Assembly: GCA_016776905.1 (NCBI GenBank)
Contig: JADHSM010000001.1
Coordinates: 180,455-244,454 of the forward strand
Direction: 5' to 3'
DNA from: Planctomycetota bacterium
Lineage (GTDB): Bacteria; Planctomycetota; UBA8108; UBA1146
Length of the DNA stretch: 64,000 nucleotides
Both the position numbers and the translations under genes were made by a program. The notes beneath the pieces were generated by a model. It saw only the letters and a list, made by a program, of their open reading frames with translations, ran no database searches and was not told the DNA's origin. Position 1 is the first letter of the stretch. Every line of letters begins with the position of its first letter. Shown one piece after another: positions 35,816 to 44,715 of the stretch.

Positions 35816-38718
35816 AGAGTTCCGTCGCTGAGAGTCACCATGATATGACCCGATCCAGCATGAGAGAGATCCAGTGCTGCTGCTCCGAGGGACACTTCGC
35901 TATATACAGTTTCGCCGGGTCCCATCAATCTTAAGATTCCATCTCCACCAGCGAGCCAGGCTAATTCCTGGTTCGAAGAATGCCTCAATGGTGGGCATGT
36001 ACTCGGAATGGGGGATTTGTGTTCTTCAGCAACGCCATTCTGTAAACAAGCCCAGCCATTCTTTGTTGAGTAAAGCTGAGTATTTCCGAGAAGGCTAATC
36101 TCGGACAGGGGAGGAGGTGCAAAGCGGGTTTGATCACGACTCCAAATTTCTCCAGAAGTGAGGAGTAGAGTTCCATCTTCAAGAACTGAATGTGGTTCTC
36201 CTGGAATAGTCATCGCTTCCTGAACGATTTCTCCCGAAGAGTGAACAGTATGAAGGCGACGAATCGCATCGATGACGATGAGATTCCCTGAGGCATCGGT
36301 TCCAATGTGTTCAATAGGTGCACCCATATGGACAAACCAAGCCTTGTCGCCAGAGACATTCAGACTCGTTAATCCCCCTGCGCCATCCCCGAGTATCCAG
36401 TGCTCGCCAAATTGGATTCCACATTTCCAGGGTGTATGGGTGATCTGACCTAAGGTCTTGATCTCACCTTCTTTTGATATCGAAAGAGGACGCCCTTCTC
36501 TCGGTAGAGCCAGAATGGAGTTGCTTCCTTGAATGAGAATGGGTGCTGGGTGTCCGATGATCCCTACCGAATGTTCGGAGATGAGTCTGAGATCGCCCAA
36601 GTCCACAACTCGGATTTTTCCATCGCGTCCTGAGAGGACGACTCTTTCTCCTAAGCTCAAGGACTCCAAACAGGGTTCTGTCAGAATGCTGCTTCTGAGA
36701 GGACTCCTGACAAGAGAAATGAGCATTCTTGGGGGGGATTCCCCACTGAGGTTCAGGAATCTAGGGCGACAGCCCTTTTTCTCAAGGTAGATTTCTAGCT
36801 GTTCTTCTTTTTTCAATGACACAGTTAATGGGCTGACGCCGATCAGTGAACGGTCTCGTCCTAGAATCTTCGCTCCAGATGGAACACTATCTATCAGGAC
36901 GGGGTATCGAATCGAGGCACGCTCTCGCATAGGTAAGGTCTCGAGTGCAGAGGGCGTCAAAGTATCAAGTAAGACTCTCGCTTCATGGGCTGAGCCTTCT
37001 TCTATAAGTGCCTCGGCCCTGATCAATGCATCTTTGACATCTACCTTTTTTCGATTTCGTTCGGCACGTGCGTTATTTCGCGTCTGAGTGATGAGATCTT
37101 TCTCAGCTGCAACTTCAATTTGAATCAGTTTTCGAATCCTTGACCCTGCAGTATCGCTATTTCCTGCCGCAAAGGTCCATGGGTGAAGAAGACTCACTCT
37201 TTCGTAGGCTTCTGCAGCTGTGATTTTAGATGAGATTTGGTCTGAGTTTTTTTCAATTTCTTTTGCAGCGGATAACATTCCCTGAGCACGCCATTCAGTA
37301 GAGATCTGTATTATGGCGAACAAGAACAAAAGAAATACTGAACCGAATTTAATATATCTGGCTTGTAACTTTTTATTGTCAATTTCGATTTGTCGGGAGA
37401 GTAACTCTTCAAGAGACTTTTCATCCATGCCGTGATCTGGCGACATGGTGCGTAGACTTCTCTCTGCTCGGAGTGCAATCTCCGGAGATTTTTTTCCTGA
37501 GAGGGCTATCGCATTTTCAAGGCAGGATTTCGCTTCTGGATCTTTGAATCTCAGCAGGGTTTCTCCCAGCTGTAGCCAGTAAGATCCTTCTTCTCCTTTG
37601 AGATATTCAGCTTCACGAAGAATTGTGATCAGTTTTTTGTATTCACCCTGTCTGCGAAGTGCTTTGCAAAGGTCATCAAATATCTGAGCGTTTTTCCGGG
37701 AAGGAATGAAATCTCGCATTTCCCAGCAATCGAGCAAATCCTCTAGGTGACCCGATGAGAGTATCAGGAGGCGCTGTAGTCGTTTCCATGCGGCTTCCTG
37801 ATCACCGTGCTCTCTCAAGTGTCGAACGGACATACGTAGGAAAACCGCCTGAGTTTCGGTGTCTGCATGCCCTGCGCAGTCTGCTGCTTCATCTAGGAGT
37901 GCGATATGGTTTTCGACTTCTCCCGAGTCAATCAGAGCTTCATAGATAGCGAGAGCCTCCGCAGGTATTTCTGCAGAACGATCTCTTGCTCTCCTCAGCA
38001 TTTCGTCATGAGTGGCTTCTCTGATCCATCCTTCTTCAAGAAAACGATAGAGAACTGTGCATGCATCAAATCGCGTGAGAGTGGACTCAGATAAAACTTC
38101 TTCAATCGTGCGAGAACCATCGTTGAGTTTGAACAATGAATTGTTCTCAGCAGGTTCTTCTGAGTTTTTTACAGGAACCAGAATCCAACGCTGGTCTTGA
38201 ATCCTCTGTCGGATCACATTCCACTCATCTGCTTGGCGCAATCCTTCAAGGACGATGGTCATGGGATCTACTTGAATACGCGTAACATGATAGATGTCAT
38301 CTTCGTGAGTCGACTTCAGTTGCTCTGGGAAAAATTCGAATGAACCTCGAGTCCACAGAAAGAGATCAAAAAGTTCTTCTTCGATTTTTGTTCTTAGAGC
38401 TTTTTCAAGTTCGGTCTCGGCGATCGCTCCGCGTTCGATCAGAGCTCTCCCTAACAAGATTCCAGTATCTTCATGATCTTTACTGGCTTGTTCGAGATCT
38501 TCGTGAGAGACGACACCCTGTCGCAGCAGGATGCTGCGTAGGCGAAGTTGTTGGGTGGTGGACGAACGAACAAGGGTGATGCGACCTGTCTCGAACACGA
38601 TCGAGACTTTTTCCCCATCTCGATTGATTTCGAGAGTTCCTGACCGCGCCCCTTGCGAGAGGGTCTGCAGTAACTCCTGTAATCCAAAGTGTTCTAGGTG
38701 TCCTTTTAAGATACTCAT
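35788..38718 (-). CDS. Large DUF4388-domain membrane protein with MshEN-like motif, TPR-like helical region, transmembrane helix and C-terminal beta-propeller-like domain
   Basis: N-terminus GHLEHFGLQELLQTLSQGARSGTLEI...GRITLV is DUF4388-like. LLGRALIERGAIAETELEKALRTK is an MshEN-type motif. A transmembrane helix (FGSVFLLFLFAIIQI) lies near residue 470. The C-terminal half is beta-rich. Confidence 0.6.
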   Translation of the reverse strand: MSILKGHLEHFGLQELLQTLSQGARSGTLEINRDGEKVSIVFETGRITLVRSSTTQQLRLRSILLRQGVVSHEDLEQASKDHEDTGILLGRALIERGAIAETELEKALRTKIEEELFDLFLWTRGSFEFFPEQLKSTHEDDIYHVTRIQVDPMTIVLEGLRQADEWNVIRQRIQDQRWILVPVKNSEEPAENNSLFKLNDGSRTIEEVLSESTLTRFDACTVLYRFLEEGWIREATHDEMLRRARDRSAEIPAEALAIYEALIDSGEVENHIALLDEAADCAGHADTETQAVFLRMSVRHLREHGDQEAAWKRLQRLLILSSGHLEDLLDCWEMRDFIPSRKNAQIFDDLCKALRRQGEYKKLITILREAEYLKGEEGSYWLQLGETLLRFKDPEAKSCLENAIALSGKKSPEIALRAERSLRTMSPDHGMDEKSLEELLSRQIEIDNKKLQARYIKFGSVFLLFLFAIIQISTEWRAQGMLSAAKEIEKNSDQISSKITAAEAYERVSLLHPWTFAAGNSDTAGSRIRKLIQIEVAAEKDLITQTRNNARAERNRKKVDVKDALIRAEALIEEGSAHEARVLLDTLTPSALETLPMRERASIRYPVLIDSVPSGAKILGRDRSLIGVSPLTVSLKKEEQLEIYLEKKGCRPRFLNLSGESPPRMLISLVRSPLRSSILTEPCLESLSLGERVVLSGRDGKIRVVDLGDLRLISEHSVGIIGHPAPILIQGSNSILALPREGRPLSISKEGEIKTLGQITHTPWKCGIQFGEHWILGDGAGGLTSLNVSGDKAWFVHMGAPIEHIGTDASGNLIVIDAIRRLHTVHSSGEIVQEAMTIPGEPHSVLEDGTLLLTSGEIWSRDQTRFAPPPLSEISLLGNTQLYSTKNGWACLQNGVAEEHKSPIPSTCPPLRHSSNQELAWLAGGDGILRLMGPGETVYSEVSLGAAALDLSHAGSGHIMVTLSDGTLCDIEEQVK

Positions 38719-38879
38719 CCTTCAACTCCCGCTCGTGTGCCGAAAACGGACGGCGATCACCGGAGATCGAAAGCAGCAGATGCCCCCAGGTTCATGAGGG
38801 GGTAGGATCCGCTGATAGACCTCGAATAAGGATACAAAATCATTTCGATATCAACCAATCGGGGTCTGGAGCGGGATTC

Positions 38880-40046
38880 ATGAAAGTCAAACCTGAGGGC
38901 TCTCCGGGGCTATATGTTCACGTCCCGTTCTGTCGAAGCCGATGCACATATTGTGACTTCCATGTGGCAGCCCTTCGTCCGGGGGTCGTCACCGATTATG
39001 TTTCCGCCCTGATTTTGGAGATCCAGCACCATGCCGATGCCGGATTCTCTCCCGAAACTATTTTTATCGGCGGAGGGACTCCTAGCGCTCTTTCCGTGGA
39101 AGACTGGACTCGCCTTCTTAAATGTTTGTCCGAGTCTTTTCAGTCTGGTCTCAAAGAGTGGACGATCGAGGCGAATCCTGAATCCATCGATGAGCAAAAA
39201 ATAGAGATAGCGTTGTCATTAGGAGTTGATCGTTTGAGTACAGGAGCGCAAACGTTTGTAGAGACAGGGCTCGCTTTACTGGGCCGGAGGCACGACGCTC
39301 AAAGGGTGCACGAGGTTCATGATCTGTTTCAGAAGTTAGGTGTACCTCGAACAAGCTTAGATCTCATTGTGGGATGGCCTGGGCAAGCCATCGACTCCGT
39401 AAATACTGACCTTGCGGCGGTCAAAGAGATCGATCCTGATCATATCAGTCTCTATCACCTGAGTTATGAACAAGGAACTTGGCTTCATTCGATGCGTGAG
39501 CGTGGCGGACTCAAACCAATAATGGACGACACCTGTATCGAACTCTCAAGAGCATTTCTCCAAGGGCTTCAAGAGCAAGGTTTTGAGCGATATGAAGTTT
39601 CAAATTTGTATGCAAGAGGTGGAGCCTCTCTTCACAATCTCAACTATTGGGAGCGGGGTGAATACCTCGGAGTTGGCAGCGGTGCTGCTTCGTTTATGGA
39701 GGGGTTGAGATGGAAAAATAAGCCGGACGTTCAAAAATATATCTCGGCGGGTGGTTCTCCTGAAAAGGTCTCCATTGAAACTCCAGAACTCTTGGAAGTG
39801 GTCACTGAACTGATCATGCTCGAACTGAGATTGACTCGGGGTATGAATCTGAACCGGTTCAAAACCGAGACAGGGTTGGATTTTCATGAGATTTGTGGTG
39901 AGAGTTTGCACAGTTTTGAAAAACGGGGTTTGCTCATACAGGGGGAGAATGCCATTCGGGCTTCCTCCGAAGGATTCGAGGTCCTCGATTCCGTGATCGT
40001 CAAATTTGTAGAAGACGCTGAGGAGAGGCTCAATGAGGGAACGTGA
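38880..40046 (+). CDS. hemW: Radical SAM heme chaperone HemW (coproporphyrinogen-III-oxidase-like)
   Basis: CxxxCxxC motif (FCRSRCTYCDFH) at the N-terminus and HemN-like C-terminal domain. GGAG ribosome-binding site. Confidence 0.75.
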   Translation: MKVKPEGSPGLYVHVPFCRSRCTYCDFHVAALRPGVVTDYVSALILEIQHHADAGFSPETIFIGGGTPSALSVEDWTRLLKCLSESFQSGLKEWTIEANPESIDEQKIEIALSLGVDRLSTGAQTFVETGLALLGRRHDAQRVHEVHDLFQKLGVPRTSLDLIVGWPGQAIDSVNTDLAAVKEIDPDHISLYHLSYEQGTWLHSMRERGGLKPIMDDTCIELSRAFLQGLQEQGFERYEVSNLYARGGASLHNLNYWERGEYLGVGSGAASFMEGLRWKNKPDVQKYISAGGSPEKVSIETPELLEVVTELIMLELRLTRGMNLNRFKTETGLDFHEICGESLHSFEKRGLLIQGENAIRASSEGFEVLDSVIVKFVEDAEERLNEGT

Positions 40047-40617
40047 CATTCCACAGTTGGAAGTGAGCTTGGCAATTCGGCTCCTCAGGCATCGGGGCTG
40101 GGTCTCCATTGAGATTCTTGCAGACGTCCTCAAAGAAATGGGCCCTCAAGCCGGTTTGGGCGGATTTCTAGATCTACTTCAGGTGGGATCGCCATTGCCC
40201 TTAAGTGCTGAGAGAAGCGCTCTTTTGGTGGATAGAGTTCGAAACCAAATGAGAAGTTTACTTTCTCATGGCCCGGATTCCAGAATCGACGACGGTAGAC
40301 TCGGACGGCTCGCTCTCGGTAAGGGCTGGATATCCTCTCCAATGCTGGAGTCTGCGCTTTTAGAACAAGCAAGACTTCGTCGTATGGGTTTGAGGTTTCG
40401 TTTGGGAGAAGTTTTTGTTCGCCTTGATCATTTGACGAAACGACAGGTTGAGACACTCCTGGAAGAGCAGGGGGCTTTGATCAAAACCTGTAAGAGTTGC
40501 CGAAGAGTGGAGAAATTCTCGGCCCAAACCTGTGAATGCGGAAAACCTCTATTTCCGGGTCCTACCCTAGGACCGGTCGTTACAGACCGTTATCTGATCG
40601 CTCAGACTTATTCCTGA
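40033..40617 (+). CDS. Protein with tandem MshEN-like motifs and a C-terminal zinc ribbon
   Basis: RLGRLALGKGWISSPMLESALLEQ and RLGEVFVRLDHLTKRQVETLLEEQ are two consecutive 24-aa motifs of the MshEN type (tandem RLGxxLLxxGLIxxxxLxxxLxxQ). C-terminus CKSCRRV...CECGKPL. Overlaps the hemW 3' end. Confidence 0.4.
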   Translation: MRERDIPQLEVSLAIRLLRHRGWVSIEILADVLKEMGPQAGLGGFLDLLQVGSPLPLSAERSALLVDRVRNQMRSLLSHGPDSRIDDGRLGRLALGKGWISSPMLESALLEQARLRRMGLRFRLGEVFVRLDHLTKRQVETLLEEQGALIKTCKSCRRVEKFSAQTCECGKPLFPGPTLGPVVTDRYLIAQTYS

Positions 40618-40717
40618 GAGAAGCCATTTGCCAGCTTTCGTGTTCCCATCCTAGTCTTCTATGACGCTTCATGGCCACCCTTAGGTCTGGAGTCAAAGTC
40701 ACAGGTAGGGGAAAAAG

Positions 40718-41332
40718 ATGAAGGACGACGATTTGCAGTCCAATCAAAATGAATCCTCTGGGGATACTGGAGCCAAGAGCTCTACCCCAGAGAGAGATTT
40801 GCCAGAAGTTGAAGCATTGCCCATAGACGACGCGGCAGCAGTGTCCGGTCTAGGCGAGGAGTTCAATGATGACGATGTCATTGTTTATCTCGATGACGTC
40901 GCTGAGATTTCTTCTGATGTGAGTGATTCCGATCTACTTTCTCACCGACCCGGTGAAGAAGACGTTCTCACTGAGTTCGAAAGATTGCCTGAAGTTCAAG
41001 TTCAATTGGTGGAGGGTCTTCCTGAAGTCTTCGATGTCGAAGAGATCACAGATCTGGTGACCGAAGAGGTTGAAGGAAACTGGACAGACATATTCTCTGA
41101 CAGAGAAGCATTGTTTGACCGGTGCAAGACGGTGGTCCTTGAAAACCAGAAAATCTTCGCAAGTGTTGCCGCGGTGTTTGTTATTGCAGCCGTAGCGCTT
41201 TGGATGCCAGGTGAGGCTTCTTCAGAGTCGGCATTGGTGAATCCTAATAGTGTCGTGTCTTCGGCTGAATCATTTGACCATTGGGTAGGTGGGGTGATTT
41301 CCGATCATCTCACTGAGATCGGAGGGGAATGA
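40718..41332 (+). CDS. Acidic hypothetical protein with a C-terminal transmembrane segment
   Basis: Asp/Glu-rich, with a transmembrane helix (IFASVAAVFVIAAVALWM). ATGA overlap with the next gene. Confidence 0.35.
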   Translation: MKDDDLQSNQNESSGDTGAKSSTPERDLPEVEALPIDDAAAVSGLGEEFNDDDVIVYLDDVAEISSDVSDSDLLSHRPGEEDVLTEFERLPEVQVQLVEGLPEVFDVEEITDLVTEEVEGNWTDIFSDREALFDRCKTVVLENQKIFASVAAVFVIAAVALWMPGEASSESALVNPNSVVSSAESFDHWVGGVISDHLTEIGGE

Positions 41333-42204
41333 TGAATAAGTTATTTCTTTGCCTACTAGCGTTCCTGTTTTTATTGACCCCTAGATTCCTATTCGCAGGA
41401 ACCATCGTTCTTAAGAACGGGCACGTTATCAATGGCAAGATCATTGCCAGTGACGAAGAGAAAGTCATCATGACTTGGGGTAATGGGCGGACGACGATCT
41501 ACCATCGTTTTATTGAGTCTGTCGTACTCAGCAAAGATGAAGAGCAGTACATTCTTCAGTACAGAAGTCCTAAAAACATTCAGGCTTCAAATGCACTGAC
41601 TGAAGAAATACAACTTCCGGATTTCGAAGAATTGCATGGAGAACCCGTTACCGATTTAGTTGAGGTTGATCAGGAACCCAGCGATTTAGTTCCAACGGAA
41701 CTCGCAGTCGATCCCGTATTGGACGACTCGAGTATTGTTTCGTCCGTGAAAAAGTTCCCAAATTTTGAACAACGAGTTTTTGCGCACCTCAGTTTTTCCA
41801 TGGAAGTTCCAGAGAATTGGTCAGTCAGCGATTCCGAGAACTCCATAAAAGTTCAATCTCCCAATGGGGGAGTGTTGATTTCTCTCGATCGATATTCTGG
41901 AGGAGAGCTCGCGGTTGATCGGGCTGCTGCGGGTTTATTGGGGAAGCTTGAGGAACATGGTTTTAAGGAAAAGCGAAATGGTTTTATTTCGCTCGTCGAT
42001 CATTTGGGCAGTGTGTGGTCGAGAGAGACTACAACGCTAAATGGTTCGCATGACTGTGTTCATGCCCTGATTCTGCCCGATTCCGATAATTCCCAAATGC
42101 TCATTTCTGTCTACAGAGACAATGGATCTGAAGAAATCAGCGAGGGATTGTTGACGACTGTGTTGTCGTCGTTGGTTCCGATTCAGGTCTCCGCGCAGAG
42201 ATAA
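41329..42204 (+). CDS. Hypothetical secreted protein with an N-terminal 'LKNGH' module
   Basis: Signal peptide, then GTIVLKNGHVINGKIIASDEEKVIMTW. This is a paralog of the N-terminal module of the 28990-30675 protein. Confidence 0.4.
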   Translation: MMNKLFLCLLAFLFLLTPRFLFAGTIVLKNGHVINGKIIASDEEKVIMTWGNGRTTIYHRFIESVVLSKDEEQYILQYRSPKNIQASNALTEEIQLPDFEELHGEPVTDLVEVDQEPSDLVPTELAVDPVLDDSSIVSSVKKFPNFEQRVFAHLSFSMEVPENWSVSDSENSIKVQSPNGGVLISLDRYSGGELAVDRAAAGLLGKLEEHGFKEKRNGFISLVDHLGSVWSRETTTLNGSHDCVHALILPDSDNSQMLISVYRDNGSEEISEGLLTTVLSSLVPIQVSAQR

Positions 42205-42229
42205 TTGAGACAAAAAAATGTAGTTTTCG

Positions 42230-42265
42230 TCGCAGGTGGCCTTTGCCGCCTGCGATTTTTTTTTG
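42230..42265 (+). terminator. Rho-independent terminator (stem tcgcaggtggc/gccgcctgcga followed by T9)
   Basis: Seen directly, 26 bp after the stop at 42204. Confidence 0.8.
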
Positions 42266-42887
42266 TCTGGAGAGAAAAAAAATGTTGAACTTCATTAAAT
42301 TTTCTCGTTAACATACTTACAGAACGAGAGAGGAACCATTTCGGAAGGGGAAATCCGGAGGTGCCTTGAACACAGAAATGAAGTCGTGGGGGAAATCTTT
42401 AGCTCACCTTTTCTTTGGGTGAGACTGTGAGTGCCCTCCGATTTTATTTTGCGAGATCTCTTTTGGTCATTTCTTCATCGACCAGCCCAGGGGAAGGGTT
42501 GTCTCGACTCCCTCATTTATTGCCCTCATCCTTTCGGCTATTCCAATTCTGGAATGGTAAGAGGAAACTTTCACCTTACCGGGCCGTGAATCGTGATCAT
42601 CCACTCTGGAAATTGAGTGCCACCCAGGTGGCGGGCAGATGATTTCATAAAATTCCATTCCAGTTTTCGAGGTAACAGTTTTCCATCCGTACACCGCGGA
42701 TGATCTAACTGCCATGGAACTTTCAAGTTGTGTCTTGCATCTATAGTCTTTTTTCACGCATACTCTTGGAGATTTCTATCGGCGAGCGGCAGGGCAGTGG
42801 TTGCCCCACTCCGTTCACCGGGCGTCCCCTCGGAGGGGGGCGGGAGCATCAGGATTGAGGGGCATGTCCCCCGATAGGAGTTGGCTC

Positions 42888-43250
42888 ATGGCCAAGAAAA
42901 AGGTAGCGCGTAAGAAAGCAGCCAAGAAAAAGGTTGCTAAGAAAAAGGTAGCTAAGAAAAAGACTGCCAAGAAGAAGGTAGCCAAGAAGAAAGTTGCCAA
43001 GAAGAAGGTAGCTAAGAAGAAGGTTGCCAAGAAGAAGGTAGCTAAGAAGAAAGTTGCCAAGAAGAAGACTGCCAAGAAGAAGGTAGCCAAGAAGAAGGTC
43101 GCCAAGAAGAAGACTGCCAAGAAGAAGGTAGCCAAGAAGAAGGTCGCCAAGAAGAAGGTCGCCAAGAAGAAGGTCGCCAAGAAGAAGACCGCCAAGAAGA
43201 AGGTCGCTAAGAAGGCAGCCAAGAGAAAGACCACGCTTAGAAAAAAGTAA
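42888..43250 (+). CDS. Histone H1-like lysine/alanine-rich basic protein (Hc1/AlgP-type repeat protein)
   Basis: [30 protein letters not shown]..., built almost entirely of (KKVAK)n and encoded by 15-bp tandem repeats. ATG 42888 with AGGAG 8 nt upstream. The track ORF is extended upstream. Confidence 0.6.
   Translation: MAKKKVARKKAAKKKVAKKKVAKKKTAKKKVAKKKVAKKKVAKKKVAKKKVAKKKVAKKKTAKKKVAKKKVAKKKTAKKKVAKKKVAKKKVAKKKVAKKKTAKKKVAKKAAKRKTTLRKK
42895..43215 (+). repeat. 15-bp tandem repeat array (gccaagaagaaggta and variants, about 21 units) encoding ([10 protein letters not shown])n
   Basis: Directly visible; it creates the antisense artefact ORF 42815-43234. Confidence 0.9.
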
Positions 43251-43435
43251 GTTCGCCTTCAGGTCAAGCGAGGCCCTGGCGAAAGAGGGCTTCTCTTTCT
43301 AAGCAGAAACCTGACACCAGTCCTAAGTACAGTTATTGGGATTGATCAGTTGAACGTTTAGAAAGACGAAGTTTACAGGAGAACACCTGAAGGCGGTTAG
43401 CGTCGCCTACGTATTCTCCGGGGCTCATACGCGGA

Positions 43436-43471
43436 GGTACGGGATTCATCCCGTACCTTCGCGTTTTTTTG
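43436..43471 (+). terminator. Rho-independent terminator (stem ggtacgggat/atcccgtacc followed by a T-tract)
   Basis: Seen directly, downstream of the histone-like gene. Confidence 0.75.
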
Positions 43472-43545
43472 TGCACAGTTTCTTTATGCACAGTTTTTTA
43501 TGCACAATTTTTAAAACACAATTTTTCAAACACAGTCAAAAGCAT
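43468..43545 (+). repeat. Degenerate tandem repeats (about 14 bp, consensus RCACARTTTTTWAW, 4-5 copies) upstream of the sirtuin gene
   Basis: gtgcacagtttctttatgcacagttttttatgcacaatttttaaaacacaatttttcaaacacagtc, seen directly. Confidence 0.7.
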
Positions 43546-43665
43546 TAAAGAGAAGTGAACTGGTTTTGAGATATGTGAACGGATGTCCGTTCTTCACTCT
43601 CGAAGTTCTCATACTCTCGACATTCTTCTCTTGCCGTACCGCATTTATGAGAGGCATATCCAGTC

Positions 43666-44373
43666 ATGAACCTGATACGAGAACAGCAATTGATACTTCA
43701 ATCTGAAAAGGTCGTTGTTTTTACAGGAGCTGGAATGAGTGCCGAAAGTGGAGTGCCCACATTCCGAGGGAAGGATGGTCTGTGGCGAGGTCGGCGCGCC
43801 GAGGAGATTGCCACACCAGAGTTCTTCGCTTCTTCGCCAGAAGAGGTTTTGGAATTCTACCGCTGGCGAAGGGAATTATTGAAGCACGTCGAATTGCATC
43901 CTGGTCATGTCGCCTTGGGTGAATGGACAAAAAAAAGAGGTTCAGCGGTGAGCGTGGTGACTCAGAATGTGGATGGGCTTCATCAGAAAAGTGGTTGTCC
44001 TGAAGTGATTGAGTTGCATGGTTCTATTTGGAGTGAGCATTGTCAGCGCTGTCAAGAAACTGTTGAGGAGACTGACGCTGGTTTGTGTTCTTGTGGTGGG
44101 AGGTTTCGTCCGTCGGTGGTTTGGTTTGGGGAGTCACTCCCAGAGAAAGGGTGGTCTCGCGCCACCGATCTCATGAGCAATGCTGACCTTATACTCGTGA
44201 TTGGAACTTCAGCGGTCGTCTATCCTGCTGCGGGTCTTGTCTCTCTGGCTCTGAAGAATGGGGCCCACGTGTTGGAAGTGAACCCTGAACCCGTTTTGGA
44301 AGATTCGGCTCAAACGATTTGTGGAACAGCGGCGACGGTTCTTCCTGAACTATTGAGATCTCCACAAGCCTGA
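43666..44373 (+). CDS. cobB: NAD-dependent protein deacetylase, Sir2/CobB family
   Basis: GAGMSAESGVPTFRG NAD-binding motif, VTQNVDGLH, and a Cys4 zinc site (CQRCQE...CSCGG). Confidence 0.85.
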   Translation: MNLIREQQLILQSEKVVVFTGAGMSAESGVPTFRGKDGLWRGRRAEEIATPEFFASSPEEVLEFYRWRRELLKHVELHPGHVALGEWTKKRGSAVSVVTQNVDGLHQKSGCPEVIELHGSIWSEHCQRCQETVEETDAGLCSCGGRFRPSVVWFGESLPEKGWSRATDLMSNADLILVIGTSAVVYPAAGLVSLALKNGAHVLEVNPEPVLEDSAQTICGTAATVLPELLRSPQA

Positions 44374-44440
44374 AGGGTCCGCTCGAAGGAATGTTTCATT
44401 CGAAGTGCAGAGGCTTCAGCCACACGGTGATGTTTTCAAC

Positions 44441-44481
44441 ACAGTCATGTACTCAATACAGTCATGTACTCAATACAGTAG
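44441..44481. repeat. Tandem repeat 2.4 x 17 bp (acagtcatgtactcaat)
   Basis: Seen directly in the cobB-tRNA intergenic region. Confidence 0.8.
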
Positions 44482-44592
44482 ATATCCCATTTGAAAGTCA
44501 GTGAATACAGACGGATCGACGTGTTGGAAAGTCTCAGGAAAAAAATGAGAGAACTCTCACTAGCCGATAGATTTCAACTGCAGTGAGGAAGA

Positions 44593-44645
44593 GGCATTAT
44601 TCTGAACGGGCATTATTCTGAATAGGCTTTGTTTTGAACGGGCGA
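44593..44645. repeat. Tandem repeat 2 x 16 bp (gggcattattctgaa) plus a degenerate third copy
   Basis: Seen directly. Confidence 0.7.
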
Positions 44646-44715
44646 GTCTTTTGTTCCGAAACGAGGAAACACTTTTCCCCGAGATAGAAATAGGGGAGCT
44701 GGTTGCCCCGAAAAA

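Noticed and set aside
42205-42887. RNase P RNA or tmRNA in the long intergenic region
   Set aside because: A hand search found no conserved P4 (GGAAAGUCCGG / ACAGAAnCCGGCUUA-like) boxes and no tmRNA tag-reading-frame or tRNA-like 3' end. Left as an unassigned leader.
42815-43234. Minus-strand ORF encoding [10 protein letters not shown] repeats
   Set aside because: It is the antisense of the (AKKKV)n repeat array. The plus strand has a ribosome-binding site, an ATG and a terminator.
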